Source: Chiloscyllium plagiosum
Taxonomy: Eukaryota
Reading direction: 5' to 3'
DNA length: 43,640 nucleotides
NCBI RefSeq assembly: GCF_004010195.1
Contig: NC_057711.1
Span: 79,715,169 to 79,758,808, forward strand
The notes beneath the pieces are model-generated. The model ran no database searches. It was not told the DNA's origin and was given only the letters and a program-made list of their open reading frames with translations. Below are positions 12,533 through 24,262 of this stretch, one piece after another; the stretch's first letter is position 1, and every line of letters starts with the position of its first letter. A program made the translations under genes and the position numbers.

Positions 12533-15500
12533 TTGTAGAAGAGTAGTTAAGTGCTTGGTGGTCTATACAAATCCAATGATGCAAGGGTTAAGACTGCAAC
12601 AATTCACAATCTAATTTGGGTAGAGGTACCGCAGAAATCCCAGATAAAAAAATAGGACAGATGATTGAGGAAACGCCGTTGCATTCATTCCCTTTGTCTA
12701 TTAACTCATATCCAATTGGAAATAAAATCACATGTCTCATTTGAAAACTAATCAATGAGCAACTGAAAATTAGTGGGTGTAGCAATTAGCCATTTCTTGG
12801 ATCATTTCAACCTTTCAACTATCTGTAAACATGCACACACATGAAGCAGTCAGGGGAAGGTTAATTATGGATCCGACATCTGCATGTATCAAATGGTTAA
12901 ATGGATGTCCAGTGACAGGTAAAGGGTTCAGAGTTTTGAATGGGTGGATCATTTCTGGGGCATGGAGAGTTTTGTGGAGACTTGTGGTCCTTGCTCTTGT
13001 TATTGAGCCCACAAGCTGCTAGGTTTCTCACTTTGCCTTATGGTGTGTTACCCAATAGCTATCACTGAGTGTTTGGCAGCCCACTTGAACTATACGGATG
13101 AGTCCCAAACTTGTAAATGGTTCTGTCTTCTTGATACCAGAATGGCTACTCAACTGCCAATATACCCGTTTTGTTTGTTGAAAATCCTTTCATCCCATGA
13201 AGTCAGTTGTTAGAAATGAAACTAAATTGTGAATTGGAGATTATTGGATGTTATTTTATTCACAACACCTTTTGTGACCAGTGACTGTTTTACAATAAAA
13301 ATAGTTTAATTTTGATTGGGTTTTATGAGCAGTGATTATCTTTTGAGTTCATGAACTTCATACATAGTAATAATTTCAGCAAGCAGTGAATGAGTTAAGA
13401 GTTTTGATTTGGTGTCTTACGGGGAACTGGCAATGCTACTTGTCTCTCTCTTCTCATAAGACTGGAGGTCAAATATTCATTCCACTTCACAGTGTGACAG
13501 CAGGCACTTGCTTTGGAGCTGACCAGTTAACAAGTATGAAAAGCTCTGTTATTCCCTGACAAGAAGAAAAAAAAATCTTCCACAGAATAGCGTACGGCTT
13601 GAAAGCTTTATTCAAAAATGTCACATTGTGTGATTCAAATACCTCTTTGTTTGATCAACAATAATAGTTCTTAAAACTACATTCTTTAAATACAATAAAC
13701 TTTGATGATAAAATAGATTAACTTTTCAGAACAATCACTGAGCCACCTGTTGCCAAACTGCCCATATTGCCTGTCTTGTAGCTGTCATCACTTTATTGAA
13801 ATCCGTAACCAAAATGCAGGAATATAATGAATATGTCAGGAGCTGGAGGTCAGCCATTAAACTACATCAAAATTTGGTTTGCAGCCAGTGTCAGCATAGA
13901 GGCCTTAGACTATCAGCTTCTTGGCAGTATTTCTGCATGACTTGATTTGTTTGTACAAGGTCTCTTTCTGCTGGATGTAGCATATTTACGGAGATTGTCC
14001 ATGACAGTGTGGTCAAACACTATCAGCTTTCAAAATGGTGTTTCCTGTTCAAAATGCTCCTGTTGCTGAAGGTTGTGAAATGTCAGTGTATCTGATTTCA
14101 TGGCACAGTTTGTTCTGAAAGAACTGAAACAGGGATGGTCAGAAGAGCTGTCTTGTCTCCGTCGAGGCATAAAACTTTATTGGAAAGAAAATATTTGAAT
14201 AAAATTGTTTATCCTGAGGTATAAGTAGATCTATATCTGCCATTTTAGGCTATATTGTAAGTCTGTAGAGGTACTTTCTCAAAAAGAGTTCATGTTCATT
14301 TTTATGTTCCTTTTCAACCACTTCAATGTTATAGGAATATTTTTAAGCAAGAATTACACCTAGAAAAATTGGGTATTTTTGAATTGTAAGTATTCCACAG
14401 CATCATGCTTTTTTAAAAAAAGAAGTCAAGTCTAGAAATTACAGTTGTGATATTGGTGGTCAAATGTTTCATTAAATTATATCACATACCTTTGTCCACA
14501 TTTAACTTAGGTGTTAGGTCACAGATAATACCTGAATTAAATGAGTTAATACGTTTGAATAAATAATGGACTAAAGAATATTAAACAAATTGATTAACTG
14601 TTCATACAAAGATAATTTTCAGGCTTTTTCCCCTTGACTTTCAGGGTCAAGTTCTTTGCTGCTTCATGGACTGATAATGAAACCATTTTGAGGTTTCTAT
14701 TTTATATTCCTCTAGACATGCACATCAGTAGGTCCACGGCTAGAGTCTGCAATTTCTGTAGAACAACTACAGAGTGGATACCAGTTAATATTTGATACTA
14801 AATTTGGATGGACAGAAATAGAGATAACTGAAAAATATACTATGACAGGGAAAGTATATTTTTTAACTGATAAAAGAGACAGGCCCAACATACCACACCA
14901 GACAAAATCTTGACAATGCACATTGTCAGGCCTGTTATGTTATGCTGCACAAGACGCACTTTTAGTTAAAAATGCATTGTACTCTTAGCTGCCTGTATCA
15001 CAATTCTATACCCTTGGAAGGTCATTATAATCAATTTATCTTATTACTCTGGATAGGGTGTGCTGAGGGAAAGAGTAAATCTCAATCCAAGCTGTGAAAA
15101 GGTGGATTAACAATGAATAGTTTTCTTGCAATGGTAAATCGTAGGTAAAACAGAAGCAGGGAATTTCCCATCAAGCTCAGTGATTTGGTTTCAAAGATAT
15201 TTGGTCCCATTACCAAAGCAACTCACAGTTTTGAAATGTTTTGGTAACAAGATAAACTGGGTAATTATACATCAATGCCTAATGCCAGTTCAAAACCAAA
15301 TACATTTGTGAACTCATACACTTGTAGGGGATAATTAAAGACAGTCAGACTGATGGCAAGATGTAATTTGTCAATTTTTTTTGCTTTGAGAGGAAAAGAG
15401 TCAAAGGAATGGAGGAAAGAGAAAGCAGGAGTGAGATTTGAGCTGTTGTAAGGGGAATAGCATTGTTGATATGTAGTCACCATTGTTTTGGTTACAATCC

Positions 15501-17569
15501 ATTTTAAAACATGGTCGCAAAGCAAAATATGTCAAGAATATTTTTCAAATTAGGGAATTCAAAGCAGGAAAGAAATCAACAAAAGGCTAACAACAAAAAT
15601 GTCCTTCATGTCAGTTCTTGTGACAGCTTCCGTCTGCCACACAGCCCAACATAATGACACGCCATCTGTACATTACATTCTGCTTTGGCCTGCTTTGGAA
15701 CTGAATGTTAAATATTTTGTGTGTATAATTCCGACAACTGCTAAACAACTTGAATTAATAAAGAGAGAAAAACAAAGTCTAATGTAACAGGGATTTGCAG
15801 TCAAAATAATGAAAATAAAACTCTGATATTTTAGTGACCTGAATTGTAAATTTAACGGTATAACATGGAAAGATCAGTCTATACATAGCATTAAACAAGG
15901 TGGAACTGTGATACATTCTATTTAGTGTTTAGTCATTGAAACATGCATTGTAGCATTGACGAGGGAATTTAAGGGAGTCGTCAATCAAAAGATAGCACAT
16001 CAACATAAGCTAATGACAATTCAGATCAATTGCCCAATGAGTCAATTGTAGAATTATAAAAATTTTTGACACAAAAGGAAAGCATTTTTAAAATTCATTC
16101 ATGGATCATGGGCATCACTGGCTGGGCCAGTATTTATTGCCAGTCCCTAGTTGCCCTTGAGAAGGTAGTGGTGAGCTACCTTCTTGAACCACTGCACTCT
16201 ATCTGCTGAGTTGATCCACAATGAAGTTAGGGAGGTAATTCCAAGATTATCTTCCCCGAGACAGTGAAAGAATGGAAGATATTTCCAAGTAGGGATGGTG
16301 AGTGGTTTGGAGAGGAACGTGCAGGAAGTAGTGTCCCAATGTATTCACTTCCCTTGTCCTTCTAGATGGAAGCATTTGTGGATTTGGAAGGTGCTGTCGA
16401 AGGATCTTTAGTGAATTTTTGCTTTTGTTTTGTGGATGCTGATCATTGGTGGTAGAGAGATTGGATGTTTGTGGATGTGGTGCTAATTAAACATCAGCTT
16501 TGTTCTGGAAGGTGTCAAGTGCCTTGAGTGTTGTTGGAGCTGTACCCATCCAGACTAGTGGAGTACATGCCAGTACACTCCTTAATGTGCCTTGTAGATG
16601 ATTGTCAGGATTTGAGGAATCAGGAGGTGGGTTACTTACCACAGTATTCCTAGCTTCTGATCTGCGTTTGTAGACACTACATTTAGGTGGTGAATCCAAT
16701 TGAGTTTCTGATCAATAGGAACCCCCAGCATTTGATTCAGTGATAGTAATACCATTGAATGTCAAGGTGTGGTGGTTAGATTTTCTCTTATTGGTGATGA
16801 TCATAGCATGGCATTTGTGGGGCACAAATATGACTTACCATTTGTCAGCCCAAGCCTAGATATTGTCCAGATCTTGTGCATTTGAACATGGATGGCGTCA
16901 GTATCTGAAGAATCATGAATGGTGCATAATATTGTACAATCATCAACAAACATTCCTATTTCTGACCTTATAATGGGGGGGAAAATCTTTGATGAAGCAA
17001 CTGAAAAATAGTTGGGCCTCAGACACTGCCCTGAGGAACTCCTGCAGAGATATCCCGGAGCTGAGATGACTGATCTCCAATAACCATGACCATCCTCTAT
17101 GGGTCAGGTGTGACTCCAACCACTGAAGAGTTTTCCCCAGATACCCATTGATTCCAGTCTTGCTGGGGTTCTTTGATACCACACTTGGTTGAATGCAGCC
17201 TTAATGTCAAGGGCAGTCACTTTCACTTCATCTCTGGAATTCAGTTAGATGCCAGTCTTGTTACTGTACTGGAGCAGCTTGGCTAGGGTAGTAGCAAGTT
17301 CTAGAGCATAGGTCTTTAGTACTATTGTTGGAATGTTGTCAGAACCCATAGCCTTTGTAGTATCTAGCATATTCAACCATTTCCTGATGTCAAGTAGAGT
17401 GAATAGAATTGCCTGAAGACTGGTATCTGTGATGCTGAGGACCACTGGAGGAGGCCGAGATGGATCATCCACTCGGCACTTCTGGCTGAAGATTGCTGTG
17501 AATGCCTCAGCCTTATCTTTTGCATTAACGAGTTGTGCTCTTCCATCATTGAGAATAGGGATATTCTAG

Positions 17570-17922
17570 AAGTACGTTTGTTCGCTGAGCTGGAAGATTT
17601 GTTTTCAGACATTTCGTCACCAGACTAGGTAACATCATCAGTGAGCCTCCGGTGAAGTACTGGTGTTATGGTCCACATTCTATTTATGTGTTTAGGTTTC
17701 CTTGGGTTGGCAATCTCACTTCCTGTGTTGGTGATGTCATTTCCTGTTTGTTTTCTCAGAGGGTGATAGATGGGATCCAAGTCAATGTATTTGTTGATAG
17801 AGTTCTGGTTGGAATGCCATGCTTCTAGTAATTCTCATGCGCGTCTCTGTTTGTCTTGTCCTAGGATGGATGTGTTGTCCCAGTCAAAATGGTGTCCTTC
17901 CTCATCTGTATGTAAGGATACT
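17570..17922 (-). mobile_element. Penelope-like (Poseidon-like) 3' fragment nested in the family B LINE
   Basis: Aligns by eye to 9270-9590; encodes HTDEEGHHFDWDNTSILGQDKQRRA*ELLEAWHSNQNSINKY. Confidence 0.88.
17605..17644 (-). ncRNA. Minimal type I hammerhead ribozyme-like motif, core intact
   Basis: Minus strand TCA-CTGATGA-T-GTTACC-TAGTCT-GGTGAC-GAAA-TG-TC-TGA: stem I TCA/TGA, 6-bp stem II, GUC triplet. Confidence 0.6.
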
Positions 17923-18667
17923 TGTAGAGCCTCCTCCTCCAGTGAGTTGTTCAATTGTCCACCACCATTCACAACTGGATGTGGCAGGACTGCAGAGTTT
18001 AGATCTGATCCATTGGTTGTGGGATCGCTTAGCCGTCCATCATTTGCTGCTTATGCTGTTTGGCATGCAAATAGTCCTATTGGGTAGCTTCACCAGGTTG
18101 ACACCCCATTTTTAAGCATGCCTGGTGCTTCTCCTGCCGTCCCCTCCTATACTCTCTACTGAACCAGGGTTGATCCCCTAACTTGGTGGCAATGATTGAG
18201 TGGAGTATATGTCGGGCCATGAGTTTGCAGATTGTGCCAGAGTATAATTCTGCTGCTGTGAATGGCCCACAATATCTAATGAATCTCAGTCTTGAGTTGC
18301 TAGATCTGTTTGAAGTCTGACCCATTTCGCACAGTAGTAGTGCCACACAACATGATGGAGTTTATTGTCAATGTGAACGTGGGACTTAATCCACACATGG
18401 ACTGTGCAGTGGTCACTTTTACCTATACCACCATGGACAGATGTATCTGCAATTAGCAGACTGGTAAAGATGAGTTCCCTCTTGTTGGTTCCCTCACCGT
18501 CTGCTGCAGACCCAGTCTACCAGCTATATCCATTAGGACCTAACCAGCTCGTTCAGAAATACAATAATAACTGCAATAACCTGGAACTTTCTTGTGACAA
18601 TGTGCAAAAGTGAAGACAGTCAATTATTTTCAAAAAAATTTGTTTTAAATTTTTTGTGGAATAAACT

Positions 18668-18786
18668 TCCAGGGCTACAGGAATACAGCAGAGAATGAGT
18701 TTGACTAGATTGCTCTACAGAGAGCTGATAGGGCTTAGATGGACTGAATGGTGTCCATCTGTGGCCCAGTGACTCTGAATCTATAT
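18668..18786 (+). mobile_element. Short CR1-type 3'UTR fragment
   Basis: cagggctacagg..gatggactgaatgg..gactctgaatctata tail. Confidence 0.55.
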
Positions 18787-18999
18787 AGTTTTGGGTGTCC
18801 CATATGTGTACAATTAAACCAGGGCCATTCTATCGAGTTTACTACTTGAATATTTGACTGGAAATAACATGATCCTGAAGGTGTGAGGAATTCAACTGAC
18901 AACCAATTCAAGATTGCCACCAGGCTGTCAGTGTGGTGCAATTGCATGTGCTGGAAGCAATATATATGAATGCACAGGGCCCTGTTACTTGCAGACATC

Positions 19000-19412
19000 A
19001 GAACATGCAAGTGGTCAGTGATATTTGTGCAATGTGAGTGCCAGGCAATAACCATCTCCAACAAGAGAATCAAATCATTGCTCCTCGACACTCAATGACA
19101 TTATCATTGTAGAATCCCCCACCATCAACACCCTTGGGATTAACTGAACTGGATTAGCCATGTAAATGCTGTGGCTATAAGAGTAGATCAGAGGCTAGGA
19201 ATCTTGTGACTCCCTCTAGCCTGTCCACTGTCTATAAGGCTCAAGTCAGAAGTGTAATAAAGTATTTCCCACTTGCCTGGATGAAAACAGTTCTATTAAC
19301 ATTCAAAAAGATTGATACTTTCAAGAGAAAGCAACTCATTTGATGAGCACCACATCTACAAATATTCATTCCCTTCACTTGCATCACTCAGCTACAGAAA
19401 TATCTACCATCT
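19000..19412 (+). mobile_element. Family B LINE fragment in the opposite orientation
   Basis: ctgtccactgtctataaggctcaagtcagaagtgtaata..cttgcctggatg (LSTVYKAQVRSV..LAWM); reverse complement of about 16440-16830. Confidence 0.75.
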
Positions 19413-20048
19413 TCAGCACTGGGTAATGTTTTACAACAGAGAAACCTAGACGTTCATGTTCACAATTCTTGCAAATTTGCATCACAGAGAGACAGGGTGG
19501 TAAAGAAGGTGTTTAGCTCACTTGCCTTCATTACTCAGACGTTGAGTATAGGAGTCGGAACATCATGTTGAGGTTTTACAGGACTTTAGTGAGGCCTCTT
19601 CTGGAGTACTGTATGTAGTTCTGATTGCCCAGTTATAGGAAGGATATTATTAAACTGGAGAGTGTTCAAAAAAGATTCACCAGAATGTTGTTGGGAATAG
19701 AGGGTTTAAGTTATAAAAATAGGCTGGGAACACATAGAGATTTATAAAATCATAAGGGGGATACATAAGGTCTTTTCCTCAGGTTGGGGAAGTTCAAAAC
19801 TAGGGGCATATTTTTAAGGTATGAGAAGAAAGATTCAAAAAGGATACAAGGGCAACTTTTTTACACAGTGGTTTGTGTGTGAATGAACTGTCAGTGGAAG
19901 AGGTGGATGCAGATACGATTATAATTTTAAAAGACATTTAGATAAGTACATGAATAGGAAATGTTCGGAGGGATATGGGCCAAATACAGGCAGGTAGAAC
20001 TAGTTTAGTTTGGGAACATGGTTGACTGTATTACCTTATGACTCTATG
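19413..20048 (+). mobile_element. CR1-clade LINE 3' fragment
   Basis: MLRFYRTLVRPLLEYC..RKDIIKLESVQKRFTRML; tail ccttatgactctatg. Confidence 0.88.
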
Positions 20049-20149
20049 TACCTGTTTCAACTCAACAAATTAGATGACAAGGTAAAAAATTAGATGACAG
20101 CCATTCACTGGTTCAAGTCTCAGGAGAATTTCCCAGTCAATCAGAAAAT

Positions 20150-20360
20150 GTTAAACATAGCCTAACTGTTAAATGTCAATCAGCGTTAATGACTGCACTC
20201 GCCATGGCAAAGCCTCAACCAATCAAAGTTAATTTGCTAACCAATCAGCCCTATCCTCTCATGCTGTGTAAATGTTGTTTATTTTTTCCCCTTGAATTGG
20301 CATTCTTATGAAATATCTTGATGAAGTTGTGAAAAAATGGGTCTTTCTTCAGTAATACAC
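20150..20360 (+). mobile_element. Penelope-like 3' terminal remnant (same family as 35237-35690)
   Basis: ccatggcaaagcctcaaccaatca..taaccaatcagc resembles the reverse complement of 35330-35390. Confidence 0.5.
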
Positions 20361-20361
20361 T

Positions 20362-21330
20362 GAGGAAGGAGCCCCCAACACACCCTCAGAGGATGAACTA
20401 GCAATGATTTTGTCTGCATCCTCCACCAGCTCTGAGACTTTCACCTCGCTGGGCTCATTATTTAAATTGGACTTGGGCGTACAATTTGCTGAGCACATTA
20501 CAGATACGTCTCTGAAGCTATGACTGATATAGAAACACCCGTGCTCGCCGGCCCACCAATGATTGCTGGAGATCAGACACTTGCTCAGCCCAGGCAGAAT
20601 ATGATGCTCTGGTCTTGGCTACTAATGACTTGGTCAATATACAATCGGTTCTGAAATAACGCAATAGTTCCATTCTCATGCGATCTCGTGTTATAGGAAA
20701 ATTGCACAATAGCCATGTCATTTAAACTAATGGGACTGGAATTGTGTTATAGCCAATAGAGGTATGGAAAGTTTGTGTTCTACAAATAATGGTCTAATCT
20801 TCAATCATGTTAAAGCTGACTCACGTTGAAGAAAGACATGTTATAGCAGAACCTACTGTACACAGATAAGCACAACAAGCAAGTAAGATTCTCTGAGATG
20901 CTAGTTAATGGGATCAAAAGATAGAAGAGTCCATGAATATTATCTTTATAATTCTAGCTCCAGCACGTGTACATCCAGCTGTCTCAATGAACAGTTCAGC
21001 AACTGCCATGGAGACTAAGCTCCAGCATTTTTGGTGTTTGCCGGATATTTACACAGATCACTGTAGCCATGGTGCTCTGCATCAATGGCAAGATGAGAAG
21101 AGAATGAGGGACCTTGACCTCAGTCTAGATGCCTCCTCGTTTCAGGGAGACAGGGATGATGCCAATAGACACCCATAGCGATGATGAGGCAAATAACAAA
21201 CCTACCGCCACTGCCAGTGATATCGAAGACTGCAGAAGAGTGAGTCATGAAGATGAAACCTGATCTGAGTAGGCCATTCTCAACAGACCTGAGCCCTGTT
21301 CTACTCTCCTGGGATGACACAAGTTTTCCA
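20362..21330 (+). mobile_element. Old GC-richer repeat, possibly the internal (Myb/SANT-gene) region of a Harbinger-type element; hosts the MITE
   Basis: Recalled resemblance to shark repeat sequence (cctccaccagctctgagactttcacctcgctggg; gaccttgacctc..cagggagacaggg); no diagnostic ORF. Confidence 0.3.
20642..20858. mobile_element. 217-bp Tc1/mariner (Tigger/pogo-like) MITE
   Basis: TIRs CAATCGGTTCTGAAATAACG and revcomp CAGTAGGTTCTGCTATAACA (15/20 identical), flanked by TA on both sides. Confidence 0.8.
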
Positions 21331-22556
21331 GGTTAACAGGATCAACAATAGTGCAGGTTTCTCCTCTATATCTATGGATGCTGGGACTACACTTAGACAT
21401 AGAGGGAGGGAGAGAGAGGAAAAGCAAATTTACTCAAGGCACATTGTGGCATAGGTGACATATCATTGAAAATAACCCTGGAGCATGTGTAAATATAGCT
21501 TCCTCAGCACTCTTTAAATGTCTGAGTCACTTTGACCTGTGACCAATGCCCAATCATGGAGCTCCCAGGCCACTTCCATTCTCTATGAAGTCCCATTCTT
21601 CTATCAAGAATTTTCCCCTTTCATTGTAATCATTCCTTGAAACCCAATGAAGCCTGTCCAAGACTTGAGCTTCCCAATTTCTCTGTGGATTTCCCTCAAA
21701 AAGCCTCCTGAGCATTAATTCTTGAGCATCCAGGCATAATATTGACCAACCCCCCCAGAATAATGTTGCGGGACATTATCGACTGAATATGGCCCAGTCT
21801 CTAAGCTGGTCTCTCCACATCAGCTCAACAGACCTACTGTAACCTACAGACTAGTTCAACTTGAGCTGTCGAACTGACCTTGATTGCAAGGACACAGATC
21901 CTCAGACTCTGGTAGGACCAAGCATCATGCTGACCATAGTCAACCCCTTGGTTGGAATTGGATGAACCCCTCAAGTGACTGTCGTGCAATTCCCTAATTG
22001 TCTTGGACCCCTTAATCTCTTTCCCTATGACATTCACACGAGTCATTTGGTTGAATACAGTGCACGAATTGCATGAGCTGTGGCATGTGATGCAGGTGTG
22101 AGGGTAACATAGCTCATTACTGTGCACCAAAATGTCCACCTCCTTGCCAGTTCAATGCTCCTTACTGTGACAAGCTGTCTGCCTTTCAATCTGTGCTAAA
22201 AAGCAATGCAACCCACAAAGGCTGGCAGGCTGTAACTCAGTGCTGGGAAGAGTGTGGGCAAGAAAATAATATGACATTTACAGAAGATGGCAACTGCCAA
22301 GTCGGCACAAAGTGAGTGAGTGCTAAGAAAGCAAGCTGAGCACCATAAAATGCACCCAATGTGAATGAATAAGATTCTTCATCTGTCTTCCTGCACACAA
22401 AGGGATCTGACAAAAACATGCAAGTCATAGGTATCTCTGAGCCCAAAGTAAAATGTTGAAGGGCTATAGTGCTGTGAGCATTGGTCTGGGAGCAGGCATG
22501 AGAATTTGATGAAGTGGTAGTTTGTCCATGGTGACTTGTATAAATGAAAGGTCTAG

Positions 22557-22653
22557 TATCAAGAGTGTGGTGCTGGAAAAGCATAGCAGGTCAGGCAGCA
22601 TCCGAGGACCAGGAGAATTGATGCTTCAGGCAAAAGCCCTTCATCAGCCTTCA
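22557..22653 (-). mobile_element. Short Penelope terminal-repeat fragment (family of 27414-28653)
   Basis: gctggaaaagcatagcaggtcaggcagcatccgaggaccaggagaattgatgcttcaggcaaaagcccttcatcag matches 27460-27535. Confidence 0.8.
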
Positions 22654-22809
22654 TAGATGAAGGGTCTAGGACTGTGGTCTCCAACACATGGATCATGGTC
22701 AAATGGTCAATCACAGATTCTTTGTTAGTTGACCTCATTGCTTTCCCACCTCCCTTCACCATGCATACATTAATCATATGCCATTGCATGACTTCCATCG
22801 AAGTAGTCA

Positions 22810-22897
22810 AACTGAACTTGAAACACTAACTCGGTTTCTCTCTCCACAATGCTGCCAGACCTGCTGAGTTTCTCGAGCACTTTTTGTTTTTGTTACA
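22810..22897 (+). mobile_element. Penelope terminal-repeat fragment inside the hAT
   Basis: gtttctctctccacaatgctgccagacctgctgagtttctcgagcactttttgtttttgt resembles 5990-6050. Confidence 0.65.
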
Positions 22898-23001
22898 GTT
22901 AATGTGTTGCTGGGAACATTGGAAGGTCCATGGATTTTGTTTAAAACAGCAATGAAAGATAAAACCTATACTGAAGCATCAGTTTGCATTTGCCATTTTT
23001 T

Positions 23002-23284
23002 TTAGATTAGATTTTCTACAGTGTGGAAACAAGTCCACACCGCCCCTCCAAAGAGAAACCCATCCAAACCTGTTTCCCTACCCTATATTTACCCCTGACT
23101 AACACAATGGGACAATTTAGCATGGCCAATTCACCTGACCTGCACATCTTTGTGATTGTGGGAGGAAACTGAAGCAAACCCACACCAGACACAGGGAGAA
23201 TGTGCAAACTTCACACAGACAGGCGGGAATCAAACCCAGGTGCTGTAAGGCAGCAGTGCTAACCACTGAGCCACCGTGCCGCCC
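23002..23284 (-). mobile_element. HE1-type V-SINE (tRNA-derived) inserted in the hAT ORF
   Basis: Reverse complement starts GGGCGGCACGGTGGCTCAGTGGTTAGCACTGCTGCC, has the V-domain and an (ATCTA)n tail; paralogous to 26083 and 40893. Confidence 0.92.
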
Positions 23285-24132
23285 TGGTAAAACAGGAAAA
23301 ATCATTCACTGATGGTGATGTAATTGAAGAAACAATGGCTGTTTGCATTAACTCTTTATTCAAAGATTTTAAGAACACAGAGCAAATGCAAAAGCAGTTC
23401 AGAGCAAGATGAGTGGAATCTTTCTCCAAAGACATCTTTCAGCAACCACAGCAGGACCTGAAGGACTGTGAATGCTTCTCACTGGAGTTTGCGGAATCAA
23501 TCAACATGATTAACTCAGCCCAGCTGATTTTATTTTGCTTCTTTTTTAAGGTCATAACAATTAAGGTGAATATTCTTATCTTTTGCCCTCTAAAAGAGAA
23601 CAAGGGGTGATAATTTCTTCAACAAATGTAAAGATATGTGCGTGTGAAAACAATTCAATCAAGGAAGTGGTTTCCATCACAATTGATGTTGCATTAATTA
23701 TGTTGGGTGCAAATGTGAGCTTTGTTGCATTTTGCAGAAATGATCTTGATTTTTCCACTTTTGCCTATGACAACCATATAATGCACAAGTAAGCATTAGC
23801 CGTAAAGTTATGGACTTTTCTTACATAATTAAAGTTGTTAAATTTGTAAGCGTGATTCATGAAGAGTACTTCAGCATCATTTTATAAAATCCTTACACAA
23901 TGATGTTGAAGCTGTCAATGGTGAACTAATTCCTCATGCTCATGTGACATGCTGAAGTCGAAACCATCATTGTTCCTAATTTGAGGAATGAGCCTGGTCA
24001 GACAACGTGTGATTGCTCACCTTTGGAATCCTTATGGATATAATGTTAAAACTGAATGAACTACACTGTGGACTGCAGGGAAAAGACTGAGACTTAACAG
24101 ATCCAATCAGTGCTGTGAATGCAATCACCAGT

Positions 24133-24262
24133 AAAAACAGCAATTGTTGAAAAAACTCAGCAGGTCAGGCAGCATCTGATGAGAGAAAGCAGAGTTAGTG
24201 TTTCAAGTCCAGTTTGAAGATGCAGAGGAGGACGTTTTGGGTCCAGCGACACTCCTTCAGAA
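24133..24262 (-). mobile_element. Penelope terminal-repeat fragment(s) inside the hAT
   Basis: actcagcaggtcaggcagcatctg..cagagttagtgtttc..gacgttttgggtccagcgacactccttcagaa resembles 4650-4740. Confidence 0.65.

Larger units (their letters stand above)
16086..18556 (-). mobile_element. Family B LINE, about 2.1 kb of degenerate ORF2 (linker, RT, C-terminus), interrupted by a Penelope fragment
   Basis: DTTKAMGSDNIPTIVLKTYALELATTLAKLLQYS (17245..17472); GVPQGSV motif near 17020-17045; LVWMGTAPTTLKALDTFQNKA; 3' end matches 2697-3000. Confidence 0.88.

Noticed and set aside
14110..14200. AG-preceded open stretch FVLKELKQGWSEELSCLRRGIKLYWKENI as a host exon
   Set aside because: Weak acceptor, ends in a stop, no recognisable homology
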